Positions 30,030-39,970 of a DNA stretch of 64,000 bases are shown here, piece after piece. The position numbers and the translations under genes are program-made. The notes below the pieces were generated by a model. The model saw only the letters and a program-made list of their open reading frames with translations. It was not told the origin of the DNA and made no database searches. Each line of letters begins with the position of its first letter. The first letter of the stretch is position 1. The stretch is from Bacillota bacterium (GTDB taxonomy: Bacteria > Bacillota > Ch66 > Ch109), in assembly GCA_050952625.1 (NCBI GenBank), contig JBMNLH010000001.1:81056-145055 (forward strand), read 5' to 3'.

Positions 30030-31148
30030 ATGGCCTTTTTCCATGTGATGCAGCGGTTTTGTGAAGATTTACGTCGGGAGGGAATCCCAGTTACGCCCAG
30101 CCATTCTGAGGACTGTTTTCGGGCTCTCTCTTTAATTGACTGGTCCGTTGAGGATTTTTTCTATTCCTCTTTGTTTGCCACGCTGATTAAAGATTATAAC
30201 TATAAGCCTCTCTTTGACAATGTCTATAAACGTTATTTTAAATCTTGTATCAATCTGGAGAGTCTTAAGCAGCAGTTACTTAAAAAAGGCGAACTGTCAG
30301 ACCCAGAGAGAGAAGCACCGGAGGACAGCGTAGCACTAGAGGAAGTAAACGCTCAGGCGGCGGAAAATCAAGGGTCCTTTAAAAACAAGAGTACCACAAC
30401 TCCAGATGGCCGGAAGAATCCTTTGGCGCAGGATTTTCGTCTGGATAGCTTAGAGGATATCCGACGAATGGAGGCCCTCTTCCCCCTAATGGCCAAAAGA
30501 CTCGCTTCGAAAATGATCATCAAAAACAAGCGAAACGATCAGAACTTTATTAACTTCCGTCGGACCATGCGCAAGAGCATGTCTACCGGTGGGGTACCGG
30601 TGGATCTGATTACCCGGCGGAAGCAAAAAGAGAAACCGGTGTTGTTCTGTTTGTGCGACGTTTCCGTTTCAGTACTGCAGTTCAGTTGCTTTGCCTTGGC
30701 CTTGTTAGCTTCGTTGGAAAAGTTCTTTCAACATGTCCGCAGTTTTGGCTTTGTGGATGAGATTGACGAAATCACTCACATGTTAAAGCATGCTGATCCG
30801 AAAACCCTGCGGGCTAATGTGTTGAAGAATGCCAAAGTGATTGGGATTCGGGGGTACAGCAACTACGGCATATCCTTTAAGCACTTTTTCGAGCGGTATG
30901 GCGGGCAGTTGTCGCAAAAGACAACGGTGCTTATTTTTGGGGATGGCCGAAACAACTGGTATGATGATGAGGCCTGGGTCCTAAAAGAGATGCGGAGTCG
31001 ATCGAAAAAGATCTACTGGTTTAACCCGGAAGAAGAAGAAAACTGGTTTACCGGCGACAGCCGGATGAAGGAATACCTGAAGTACTGTGATCGCTCCTTT
31101 GAGGTAACCAATCTGCTGCAGATGGAAGATGCATTTTGTCAGTTGTAA
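30030..31148 (+). CDS. VWA domain-containing protein (CoxE-like partner of the MoxR ATPase)
   Basis: About 370 aa. The C-terminal VWA domain has a MIDAS-like CDVSVS (DxSxS) motif. Its size and position after MoxR fit the CoxD/CoxE pairing. Confidence 0.65.
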   Translation: MAFFHVMQRFCEDLRREGIPVTPSHSEDCFRALSLIDWSVEDFFYSSLFATLIKDYNYKPLFDNVYKRYFKSCINLESLKQQLLKKGELSDPEREAPEDSVALEEVNAQAAENQGSFKNKSTTTPDGRKNPLAQDFRLDSLEDIRRMEALFPLMAKRLASKMIIKNKRNDQNFINFRRTMRKSMSTGGVPVDLITRRKQKEKPVLFCLCDVSVSVLQFSCFALALLASLEKFFQHVRSFGFVDEIDEITHMLKHADPKTLRANVLKNAKVIGIRGYSNYGISFKHFFERYGGQLSQKTTVLIFGDGRNNWYDDEAWVLKEMRSRSKKIYWFNPEEEENWFTGDSRMKEYLKYCDRSFEVTNLLQMEDAFCQL

Positions 31149-31156
31149 CTGCCACG

Positions 31157-31335
31157 GGGACGGTTCTTGTGGCTGGTAAACGGGCGTGAGGGGTGAGAGG
31201 TGAAGAGAAAGACGCGGTCGCGGCGGGGTCGGTTCTTATGGCTGGAAACAGGCGTGAGAAGAAAGACGTAAGGCGTAAAATATAAGGCGTAAACGTAAAA
31301 CGTAAGACGCAAAGACATTAAACCTAGAAAACGCT
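31157..31335. repeat. Imperfect ~30-bp direct repeat followed by a GA-rich / periodic cgtaa low-complexity tract
   Basis: gacggttcttgtggctggtaaacgggcgtgag is repeated as gtcggttcttatggctggaaacaggcgtgag. A periodic (a/g)cgtaa tract of about 60 bp follows, upstream of the PNPOx-like gene. Confidence 0.4.
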
Positions 31336-31457
31336 ACGTAGCTATGAAACCGTAAGTCTTAAATAGTAAGCGACGGTTAAAGAACGTTTGTGCGAGATTA
31401 TTTTATAGAATGAGTTATGTTATTAGAACGACATATAGAAAGAACGGGAGTGATCGC

Positions 31458-31931
31458 GTGAGTCCAGTTGTGGGGGATCGGTTGCCGGCGAATATCTATG
31501 AGTATTTTCGGCCCAAGATCATGCGGACCGGCGTTGTTTCCACTGTTGATGAGGACGGCTACCCGCGGGGGGCCCCGATGTCTTTGTTTTATGCGCTGGA
31601 TGATCAGACCTTGCTCATGGGGGCGCAAAACCGTTCGCAAACTTTTAAAAATGTTGAGCGGACCGGGAAAATAGCCCTGACTTTCCTGGGTGGGGGAGAT
31701 GTCGCTTTCACGGTTCGGGGTAAGTGCCGGGTCTTCAAAACCACCATGGAAACCAGTAAATACCTGGGCGTCCTGGTGGTCGAGGTGGAAGCCGTGAAGA
31801 GTGATGTGGCGATAGACGTTGAGGTTACCGATGGAATTCAGTACACCTACCGGTCCCAGAAGTGGGAAGATTTTGTTAACCGGGTGTTGGACGAACTGCG
31901 GGGGTATACGTTGGCGGACGTTAAAGGCTAA
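31458..31931 (+). CDS. Pyridoxamine 5'-phosphate oxidase-like FMN-binding split-barrel protein
   Basis: About 157 aa with the general split-barrel flavin-binding fold pattern (GYPRGAPMSLFYALDDQTLLMG...). A GTG start is proposed; the ORF is open from 31410. Confidence 0.5.
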   Translation: MSPVVGDRLPANIYEYFRPKIMRTGVVSTVDEDGYPRGAPMSLFYALDDQTLLMGAQNRSQTFKNVERTGKIALTFLGGGDVAFTVRGKCRVFKTTMETSKYLGVLVVEVEAVKSDVAIDVEVTDGIQYTYRSQKWEDFVNRVLDELRGYTLADVKG

Positions 31932-31979
31932 AACTGGCTAAAACGTCAATTATTGACCTTCTTAAAAAACACTATGATC

Positions 31980-32370
31980 GATTTCCAGGTACTTCAGATA
32001 CTGATAGTGCTGTTTTGCAATTTTCCTTGTAATGACAGTGCTGCTAGCCTCTGCGCTGAAGGGATACGGTTTCGTCCTTCTCTCGTTTTCCCTGTATTGA
32101 TAGTGCAGCTAGCGACAAAGGTCTAGTTGCATAGTAATAACCATGACTAGGTTGTTATGTCCATCAAAAGTTAAATCGTCTAGTTGCCTAGTAATAACTC
32201 GGCAGAAGAAACTTAGCCCAGCCTAAGCAGGGCGTTGTCCATGTTTGGCCGTAACCACACATCCTGCGCTGTAACCTACATAGATTGCTATATGTCGGTG
32301 GGCACGGTTAAAGCCATAATCATACGTCCTGCGCTATTTAACCAACAGCTGTAACCTATTAGAAGCAATC
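31980..32370. repeat. ORF-free intergenic region containing several internal imperfect direct repeats
   Basis: Repeated pairs include tgatagtgc(t/a)gctagc, ctagttgc(a/c)tagtaataac and gcc(g/a)taa(c/t)ca(c/t)ac(a/g)tcctgcgct. No ORF exceeds 60 aa. Confidence 0.4.
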
Positions 32371-32427
32371 AATTAGTCAGTCAAGAAGCTCCTTTTTCTT
32401 CCATTGTATACAGAGAGAGCGGGAAAA

Positions 32428-33529
32428 TTACAGAACCCTGGTCGTTGCCTGCCGGCTGTACCACCGGCCCAGCCTTTGCAATGCTTCCAGCTGCTCCCGT
32501 TGGCCGGCTTTGGTCCGTTTAAGGGCTTTTTGCAAAATGCGGGCAGAGTGTTCCATGTCCTCACGGTTTACTGGGTACGGGTGGCCGTCTTTCCCGCCGT
32601 GGGCAAAGGAGTAGCGCGCCGGGTCCCGGTAGCTGGGCTGAATCCCATAGGTCAGCTCTGCAACTAAGGCTAAAGCCCGCAGGGTACCGGCCCCGATCCC
32701 GGCAATGCCTAACAGGGCTTCAAAACTGCGGGGTCGTTGGTCGTGAGCAATGGACAAGGCCTTGTTTAAATAGGTCGAAGAGGGAATGGAGTGCCGGGCG
32801 GGCAGCGTCAGACTGGGAACTGTTTTCTTGAACAACTCCAATTCCCGGATCACACTGGCCGGGGGATAGGACACCAAATCAGTCGCGATCTGCCGGATAT
32901 CTTTGTTTTCTCCGGCGACCAGGTTTAAGGTCCGGGCAGTCGCATCACAGCAGATAGCTGAGTGCGGCTCGCACACAAAATCCTCCACCCCTCGGCTGAG
33001 CCAGTGGTAACGCCGGGCCTGCCGGTTATCCTCATTCATCCCTTGTTGAATTACGGTCCAATCGCCGCCCGGAGTAAAGACAAAAAAGTGATGATAGATT
33101 TGGTAGCCGTCCTGGACCGCTGAGCTGTCTACCTTAGCTGCCATGCGGCTGGCATACTGAAAATCCGCCACCTGGTTAGCGAAGCTAAACCGGTCACCTC
33201 AGCCGGGCAATCTCGTTTGGCGTGTTACGAGATACTCGGCCTTTGCCGCCGGCCAGGAAGATCCCCAGGTCAGCCTGCGCCTCTTTCAAACCTTCCTTAA
33301 GGGCCCCGCACACTGTCGTCGTTACTCCTGACGAATGCCAGTCAAAACCCAGCACACAGCCCAGGCTTTGAAACCAGTAAGGATCGGCTAGCCGTTTCAG
33401 AACCTCAAACGGACCGTACTCTTCTACGATAACCTCAATAATAGCTGCTCCCAAAGTCTTCATTTTAGTGAATAGCCAAGCCGGACATTTTCCGCCATGC
33501 AGCGGCAGGTTGGCAATCCCGGTTCGCAT
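32428..33529 (-). pseudogene. DUF763 family protein split by a frameshift between 33172 and 33200
   Basis: The N-terminal part (33194..33529; GIANLPLHGGKCPAWLF...WFQSLGCVLGFDWHSSGVTTTV) and the C-terminal part (32428..33171) are collinear but in different frames across a 22-nt gap. The family assignment is from memory. Confidence 0.5.
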
Positions 33530-33570
33530 ATCTTATCCCGTTCCTTTCTTTACAGGAAAATATGGTTTCA

Positions 33571-33660
33571 AGTGAACACGTTCAGCTTCGCTGAACATCA
33601 AGGCTTCAAATGGAGACTCTACTCCACCTGAAGTTTAAACAAGGTAACTCCCACTTACTC
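33571..33660 (+). repeat. Dispersed intergenic repeat family, copy D
   Basis: agtgaacacgttcagcttcgctgaacatcaaggcttcaaatggagactctactccacctgaagtttaaacaaggtaact. Confidence 0.6.
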
Positions 33661-33807
33661 AAGAACATATGCTTGACGTCACATATACAGTTTTCCGCCG
33701 CGCCTCTATGATTTCTTAATTGATTATAACACTATTTAATCCCGCGAACAAATGTTTGTTTGAGCAATTGGAAAAATTAAGTTAGAATTTGGAGTAACCA
33801 AGCATTA

Positions 33808-35280
33808 GTGAGAACAAAGACAAAACGGTCTTCAAGGCGAGGTATCCTATGGCGAGTCAGGATGGAGGTACAGGAAAGAAGATACCGAATCTGGCGGTGG
33901 ATTTTTCAGCAGCCAGACCACAGTACATCATATAAATGTTTAGCTGAACATTTTAAAGTCTCCGAGAAAACGGCGAAACTAGATTGTCTTGAACTGGTTA
34001 AAGAAGGCTATTTAAAACGTCATTGGGGCGGGGTAACCTTGACAGAAAAGGGACTTAAGGCCCTGTCCCAGGCAGGGTCGCTGGGACTTGATAGCACTAT
34101 AAAACGAAAACATCTACGCCAGTTAGTGATCTTACGGGTTTTAGCCAGGAGACGAGCTAGCCGAAAGAAAAGTGAACGCACCCTAACCCTAAAAGACATT
34201 TCGCGGTTAGCTGGGTGGGACATAGATTGCCCTGAAGAAAAAGCTTATCCCAGTTTAGATAGTTTGAGTAATGATCTGGCCGAGTTAACCTCAATTGGTC
34301 TGGTTGAACGAACCGAACAGGGCTGGCAGTTGGGCAGCAGTTTAATGCCGCCGCTTTATTTGAACGATGACCAAATGCTTCAGCTGCACCATTACTTAAA
34401 TACTTTGCCGGCGTTTCTGCCGCTGGATGCGGTCCAGATGACCAGAATTAAGGATAAATTGCAAACAATCTTGCTGACAAAAGAAAATATGCTCCCAATT
34501 GATCAACTTAAACTGGCGACTAGGGAAGTGGTCCATGGTTATTCTTCACCACCACCGGCTGATGCTAACATTGTCCGATTGGTCGAGGAAGCTGTCGCCA
34601 AAGGGTTGGTCCTGGAACTGCTCTATCAAGGCAGAAAGATCAAGATTAACCCAATCGGTTTAGTCTATCATTGGCGGCGGGGGTTCTGGTATATCATCTC
34701 CACCCCCAAAAAGCGGCAGCGAACCAACTTACAGATACTACGCCTGGATCGGGTGACTACCGCCTATAAAACTGAACAACAATTTACTCGTTTGCCGGCG
34801 CATAAAAGCAGGATATCGAACTTCCTGGCGGAATACTGGGGCGTTAGCAATGATCGAAGGTTCGAGGTGGAGATTCGTTTTTTTAATACCAAATGGAATG
34901 TTAACGCAGTCGAAAATATGTTGGGTGAAATTGCCCAACGGCAGTACTGGGCCAAAACCTGCCGGACCGTACCGCAGCCCGATGGCTCGGTTGTCTTAAA
35001 GGATACCATTACTGGGCTGTCTGAGTTTACAGCCTGGTTAAGAACCTACGGCGATGCAATCGAGATAATCTCCCCGGCTTGGCTGCGGGAAACACAAAAA
35101 GAAACCGCCCAAAAAATGCTAGCTGTCTATAAGAAGAAGACCGGCCAAATAAATAATCAGGCGGAAAAGCTATTTGACCAAGACATGATCAATAAAGCTG
35201 ATAGGCCTGAGCCAAGAGATACGACTGAGCAGAGGGGAGCCGAACAGAGAGACCGGAGCCGAGCAGAGAGATGGAGGTGA
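33808..35280 (+). CDS. WYL-domain transcriptional regulator (HTH-WYL-WCX), first of a tandem pair
   Basis: N-terminal DeoR-like HTH (YKCLAEHFKVSEKTAKLDCLELVKEGYL), a WYL core (GLVYHWRRGFWYIIS...LQILRLDRVTTA), and a C-terminal WCX-like extension. The true start may be the ATG at 33862. Confidence 0.7.
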   Translation: MRTKTKRSSRRGILWRVRMEVQERRYRIWRWIFQQPDHSTSYKCLAEHFKVSEKTAKLDCLELVKEGYLKRHWGGVTLTEKGLKALSQAGSLGLDSTIKRKHLRQLVILRVLARRRASRKKSERTLTLKDISRLAGWDIDCPEEKAYPSLDSLSNDLAELTSIGLVERTEQGWQLGSSLMPPLYLNDDQMLQLHHYLNTLPAFLPLDAVQMTRIKDKLQTILLTKENMLPIDQLKLATREVVHGYSSPPPADANIVRLVEEAVAKGLVLELLYQGRKIKINPIGLVYHWRRGFWYIISTPKKRQRTNLQILRLDRVTTAYKTEQQFTRLPAHKSRISNFLAEYWGVSNDRRFEVEIRFFNTKWNVNAVENMLGEIAQRQYWAKTCRTVPQPDGSVVLKDTITGLSEFTAWLRTYGDAIEIISPAWLRETQKETAQKMLAVYKKKTGQINNQAEKLFDQDMINKADRPEPRDTTEQRGAEQRDRSRAERWR

Positions 35281-35307
35281 GCCGAACGGCACCGAGCAGG
35301 AACGGAG

Positions 35308-36456
35308 TTGGCGAGACAGACAGATAAGGCACTAACCAGGTTGATTAGTTTGATCAAGATTCTCGAAAAACATCCAAAAGGCTTATCCGCTAATCAATTG
35401 GCCGACTTAACCGGATACCCGGCAGCGGTGATCCTGGATGACCTAAACTGGATCGTGCTGCAATCGGAATTTGCCGCGCACTACACTCTGTACGTTGATG
35501 ATTTCCCGGAAGAAGAATTAGACATAGAGACAGGAAGCGAAGCTTTACCTGAAGCCTTACATATTGAAACAGACAGTATCAAGGCAATCAATAACAGTGT
35601 AAAACATAGTGAGCTAATACAAGCTGAGACAGATAATAGCGACGAAGCAGATTATTCAGTGACTGACCCGGATCTTAAGTGGCTGCTTGTGCAAAGGCAG
35701 ACCTATACCCCCGGTTTAAATCTGTCTCTTGAGGAAGCGGTCCCTCTGTTATGGGCTTTAATGGAACACCCTCCAGGCCAAGAGCTGGCCTTATTCCAAA
35801 AAGAACTCAGGCGGCGAATTTTACCAGATCATATGGCTGAGCCAGCGGAAAACTGGATTCAGTTTATGGGAACCAAAGCGGGGATGGAAACACCCGACTG
35901 CCGTTACCTTGACCAATTGCGGGCGGCAATCTACCGGGAGCAGCTAATAGAGGTTAGATATTATGCTAAACAGTACCGGCAAACCAAACGGGCCCGCCTG
36001 CAACCGCTGGGGCTGGTGCTCTATAACGTAACCGGCACCTGGTACCTGGTCGCCCGAGAATACCCCGGGAAAGATATGACGGCCCGGGAAATAATCTTGC
36101 ATCTGGGGAGGCTTGAATCACTTCGGGTATTAGATCAAACGGCTAGCTACCCGGCTGATTTTTCGCTAACCGATTTTCTTAGAACTAGATGGGGAATGGA
36201 TATGTCAGATCCAGTCAAGGTCAAGGCCAGAATCTATCCGCAGGCCAATGTTCTGGAGAAGATCAACCGGGAAATGATAAAGCGCGGCCTGCCGGCCCCT
36301 GCGGAACAGGCTGACGGAACCTATCTATGGGAAGGCGAAGTGCGGGGAATTAATAATTTTACCCGGTGGATTCTTGGCTTTGGCTCAGCCGTTGAAATCT
36401 TAGCCCCGGCCAAGGTCCGGCGCGAAGTTATTTCGATAATCCGCAATATATGTTAA
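35308..36456 (+). CDS. WYL-domain transcriptional regulator (HTH-WYL-WCX), second of the pair
   Basis: HTH (GLSANQLADLTGYPAAVILDDLNWI), a WYL core (LQPLGLVLYNVTGTWYLVAREYPGKDMTAREIILHLGRLESLRVLD), and a WCX C-terminus (TRWILGFGSAVEILAPAKVRREV). Confidence 0.7.
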   Translation: MARQTDKALTRLISLIKILEKHPKGLSANQLADLTGYPAAVILDDLNWIVLQSEFAAHYTLYVDDFPEEELDIETGSEALPEALHIETDSIKAINNSVKHSELIQAETDNSDEADYSVTDPDLKWLLVQRQTYTPGLNLSLEEAVPLLWALMEHPPGQELALFQKELRRRILPDHMAEPAENWIQFMGTKAGMETPDCRYLDQLRAAIYREQLIEVRYYAKQYRQTKRARLQPLGLVLYNVTGTWYLVAREYPGKDMTAREIILHLGRLESLRVLDQTASYPADFSLTDFLRTRWGMDMSDPVKVKARIYPQANVLEKINREMIKRGLPAPAEQADGTYLWEGEVRGINNFTRWILGFGSAVEILAPAKVRREVISIIRNIC

Positions 36457-36645
36457 GTCAACCCCTACTTAATTGAAGTGGGGGTATTTAGTTTGAAAGG
36501 CAAACATCGCTTTGTCCTCCCCTTCACCGCCTCACGTCTCAAATCTGACATCTCACTCCTTACTCCTCACTTATCACTTCTTACACCTTATACATCACCC
36601 CTTGCCTCGCTCCTCGCACCTCATCCCTCACCCCGGTCGAATTTA

Positions 36646-36710
36646 GGAAACTTTTTTTCGGCTGAGTGAGTTTATAATCAGGTTTAAACTGCAAGCCTGA
36701 TTATATTAGG
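36646..36710 (+). promoter_or_regulatory. Conserved promoter-like element (…tttataat) overlapping a 9-bp perfect inverted repeat, a candidate operator
   Basis: ggaaactttttttcggctgagtgagtttataat has a second copy at 46280-46312. It is followed by ataatcagg-N13-cctgattat. Confidence 0.4.
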
Positions 36711-36739
36711 CTAGAGATTTTAGCGAGGTGAGGTTTTAA

Positions 36740-36922
36740 TTGGTGCGTAAAACTTGTCCTTATTGCGGCAAAGACTCTTTTAGTGCCTGCAGTACTGGCG
36801 AGTGGATCTGCCCGCATTGCTTTCGGGATATATCTAAGGTAGAACCCAAACCAATCAATTACCCGATCCTGCAGGTAGTTCAGAACAATCATTGCGACAA
36901 GGACCGCGAAGTAGTTGATTAA
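36740..36922 (+). CDS. Small CxxC…CxxC zinc-ribbon protein immediately upstream of cas10
   Basis: 60 aa, a GTG start after a GAGGTGAGG RBS, with CPYCGKD...CPHCF. Confidence 0.4.
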   Translation: MVRKTCPYCGKDSFSACSTGEWICPHCFRDISKVEPKPINYPILQVVQNNHCDKDREVVD

Positions 36923-37047
36923 AGCAGCGTAATTTGAAAAACAGAATTAACCATTAGTTAAAATAATTCGTTGATAGTTGGAAGGAAAATGGATGATCGT
37001 GTCGAAATTTCCATATAAATGCAGAACGGAGACGTTCAAATCCTAGT

Positions 37048-39462
37048 ATGTTAACCGTTAACCGTCAGGAGGTGAGAAAAATAGATTGGTTGTCTGACAA
37101 TAATGAAACTAATTTTAAAAACCTATTATACGGGGCCCTTTTTCATGATATCGGCAAGTTTTATCAGCGCACCCGTGATAAACAGGCGGAGAAGGAGATT
37201 TTCCAGGCTTATCAATGGTATGTAGAGAGCCTGGGTCGGGAATACCTCTCCCACGAACAATGGAGTGCCTACTTCATCCGCACTGTTTTAAAAATGGAAG
37301 CAGCCGCAACCCTGGCTTTAAAGCACCACCACCCGGAAACTGACCTGGAATACCTGATCGCAATTGCCGACAAGTTGTCCGCAATGGAACGGGATGAAGA
37401 AGGCCCGGCCAGTAACGGTAAAGCCAATGTGGCAGCGGAACCCCTGTGTTCTGTTTTATCTTCTATCCGGCACATTAGAGATGATAGCGAGCCGGCCATT
37501 AGTTTTAAACGCTTGAAATTCGAACCCTTGGTTGATCCTTACCCGGTTTCCGATAAAAATGCAGCCCTTAGCCCGGGGGACTATCAGGCCTGGTGGGAGT
37601 GTTTCGCAACGGAAACCAAGGAGACTGTGAAGCAGCCGGTCGGTGCTGGCAAACAGTTTCACCGTCTATATCAGTTGCTTTACCAGTACACCCAGACAGT
37701 GCCTTCAGCCGCCTATTATTCCAAACCAACTATCTCCTTGTTTGACCATTCCCGGACCACTGCAGCGATAGCCACGGCCCTTTACCGGCAGGGGCTTAGC
37801 CAGAATGACCTGGAAAGGTTGCACCGTCTTTTGGTGTATGGAGGCAAGAAGCGGGGAGCGGAAGAGCCGGTCCTGCTCTTGGTTGGCGGCGATATTTCGG
37901 GCATTCAGGACTTTGTGTTTGATGTGTCAGCCAAAGGAGCAGCCAAAGGCCTGCGGGGCCGGTCCTATTATCTGGCCACTCTTGGCGAGGCGATTGCTCA
38001 GTTTATCTTGACTCACGAGGGTCTTACCCCCTGTAACATTTTATATTCCGGGGGCGGCCATTTCTATTTGATTCTGCCGGTTCGGGCCATGTCACGCTTA
38101 GCCGATTACCAAAAACAGATCGACCAGATCCTGTTTGCGGCCCATCAAGGGAAGTTGTCGGTCATTCTAACCGGGATTCCCTTGACCCAGACTGATTTTT
38201 ACCCGGAGAATTTCGGCGAAAAGTGGCAGCAGATCGGTCTAGCAGCCCAAAAAGCCAAGCAGCAGAAATTCCTCGAATTGATCCGGCAAAACCCGGAACA
38301 AGTGCTGGGTCCGAGTTATGAAGGCCAGCAGGTTTGCGTCATTTGCGGCAGTTCAATGCCAGTGGGAGAAGAAAAATGCTCTTTCTGCGAAAGCTTTGAA
38401 CAGCTAGGCGATAACCTGGCGCGGGAGCGGACGTATCTTTTGGAGTACTACTTTAAGCCCCGTCCGGTAGACCAGATGTCCACAGTGGAAGATGTCTGGG
38501 CTGGTCTGGGATATCGGCTGGAGTTTTCCAACAAACCAGATGCCCAGGCCATTGTTTCGGTAATCAATCAACCAGCCTTGGCCGATAAAGCAGTTGATCG
38601 TGTGGTTTGGCTGGCGAATACTGCTCCGCATAACCCGGATGGCAGTCTGCTGACTTTTGAGGAGATCGCGGCGCAAAGTACCGGGGATCACATGTGGGGA
38701 GTCCTGCGCGGTGATGTGGATAATCTGGGCAGGGTTTTTCGGGAAGGCCTGGGCCAGGATCGCTCAATTTCCAAGATTGCCGCCCTCAGTCGAGAGATGT
38801 CCTTTTTCTTTAGCTTTATTTTTAATCAGGTCTGTCTGCGGTACCGGCAGTCGGTTTATGTCATTTATGCCGGGGGAGACGATTTCTTTTTGGTAGGTGC
38901 CTGGAGTGATTTGCCAACGATCGCGGCGGAAATCAACCGGGAATTTCACCGATACAGCTCCGGGAACCCTAACCTCACCCTATCTTGTGCGATCAGTATC
39001 GCATCGGGGATGACCTATCCTTTGTTTAAGGTGGCCCATACCGCCGGGGAACAACTGGACGAACAGGCCAAAACCACCCGAATGGTTAAAGGGGTTCTCC
39101 ATCATAAAGATAGTGTATGTTTTCTAGGCCAGCCCTTTACCTGGGGAGAATTGGAGGAAGTCAGACAAGTCAAGAACTTGATCAAAAAAGCAATCCAAAA
39201 TGAAGGGGTGGCTAAATCGCTCATCTTCTTGATTAATACAGCTTACGCTGAGCAGCGGCAATACCAGCAGGGCAGATACCCGATCAATCGAATTTGGCGG
39301 CTGGTCTACGCCCTGACCAGACTGGCTGCGCGACATGGGCAAGCCGCTAACACCCTGAAAGAATTGGAAAGCCGGCTGTTAACCAGCCAGACAATGCTGT
39401 ATGCCAACAGCCTTTACGCGGCCCGCTGGGCCGAAAAAGAATTGAGAACAAGGGGGGACTAA
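37048..39462 (+). CDS. cas10: Type III-A Cas10/Csm1 (HD nuclease plus cyclase/Palm domains)
   Basis: An N-terminal HD motif (LLYGALFHDIGKF) and a GGDD cyclase motif (VIYAGGDDFFLVGAW), at 804 aa, leading the csm2-5 operon. Confidence 0.9.
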   Translation: MLTVNRQEVRKIDWLSDNNETNFKNLLYGALFHDIGKFYQRTRDKQAEKEIFQAYQWYVESLGREYLSHEQWSAYFIRTVLKMEAAATLALKHHHPETDLEYLIAIADKLSAMERDEEGPASNGKANVAAEPLCSVLSSIRHIRDDSEPAISFKRLKFEPLVDPYPVSDKNAALSPGDYQAWWECFATETKETVKQPVGAGKQFHRLYQLLYQYTQTVPSAAYYSKPTISLFDHSRTTAAIATALYRQGLSQNDLERLHRLLVYGGKKRGAEEPVLLLVGGDISGIQDFVFDVSAKGAAKGLRGRSYYLATLGEAIAQFILTHEGLTPCNILYSGGGHFYLILPVRAMSRLADYQKQIDQILFAAHQGKLSVILTGIPLTQTDFYPENFGEKWQQIGLAAQKAKQQKFLELIRQNPEQVLGPSYEGQQVCVICGSSMPVGEEKCSFCESFEQLGDNLARERTYLLEYYFKPRPVDQMSTVEDVWAGLGYRLEFSNKPDAQAIVSVINQPALADKAVDRVVWLANTAPHNPDGSLLTFEEIAAQSTGDHMWGVLRGDVDNLGRVFREGLGQDRSISKIAALSREMSFFFSFIFNQVCLRYRQSVYVIYAGGDDFFLVGAWSDLPTIAAEINREFHRYSSGNPNLTLSCAISIASGMTYPLFKVAHTAGEQLDEQAKTTRMVKGVLHHKDSVCFLGQPFTWGELEEVRQVKNLIKKAIQNEGVAKSLIFLINTAYAEQRQYQQGRYPINRIWRLVYALTRLAARHGQAANTLKELESRLLTSQTMLYANSLYAARWAEKELRTRGD

Positions 39463-39463
39463 G

Positions 39464-39925
39464 GTGGGCATGAATCGACCACCCATTCCGGGGGGACCCG
39501 GGGGCAGACCAAGAAATACAAGCGGAGGTCGAAGTAACCTTGACAATTCCGCGGTCCGGGATGCCCTGCAAAACGTCAGGCAACTGCTGGATAAAGACCA
39601 GGACCCGTACGGAGAGTTATTAATCCAAACAGCCGAGGCAATGGGCCGGCACCTAGCCAATAACCGGATGACCACGGCCCAGATCCGGAAACTCTTCTCC
39701 GAAGTGCGGAAACTTAATTTTAAAGACGACGGGCCTTACAAGACCAATATGATGCGGGCCAAACTGGCCTATACTGCCGGCCGTCACCGCGAAGTTGGTG
39801 ACCTCCAGCAGGTATTAGACAAAGCCTTAATCGAAGTGGGGACCAGCGAAGAAAAATTTAACCGTTTTGAAAACTTTTTTGAAGCCATTGTGGCCTACCA
39901 TAAGAAATACGGCGGTAAAGATTAA
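39464..39925 (+). CDS. csm2: Csm2 small subunit
   Basis: A ~150 aa helical protein between cas10 and csm3, with a Gly/Pro-rich N-terminus followed by a helical core. Confidence 0.75.
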   Translation: MGMNRPPIPGGPGGRPRNTSGGRSNLDNSAVRDALQNVRQLLDKDQDPYGELLIQTAEAMGRHLANNRMTTAQIRKLFSEVRKLNFKDDGPYKTNMMRAKLAYTAGRHREVGDLQQVLDKALIEVGTSEEKFNRFENFFEAIVAYHKKYGGKD

Positions 39926-39970
39926 GAACGAAGAATTAGGGGTTAAGAAGACAGGGAGGAGGCTTAAGCG

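Noticed and set aside
36478-36669. 63-aa ORF MGVFSLKGKHRFVLPF…
   Set aside because: It is encoded by a ~110-bp polypyrimidine low-complexity tract. It has no RBS and is implausible as a protein.
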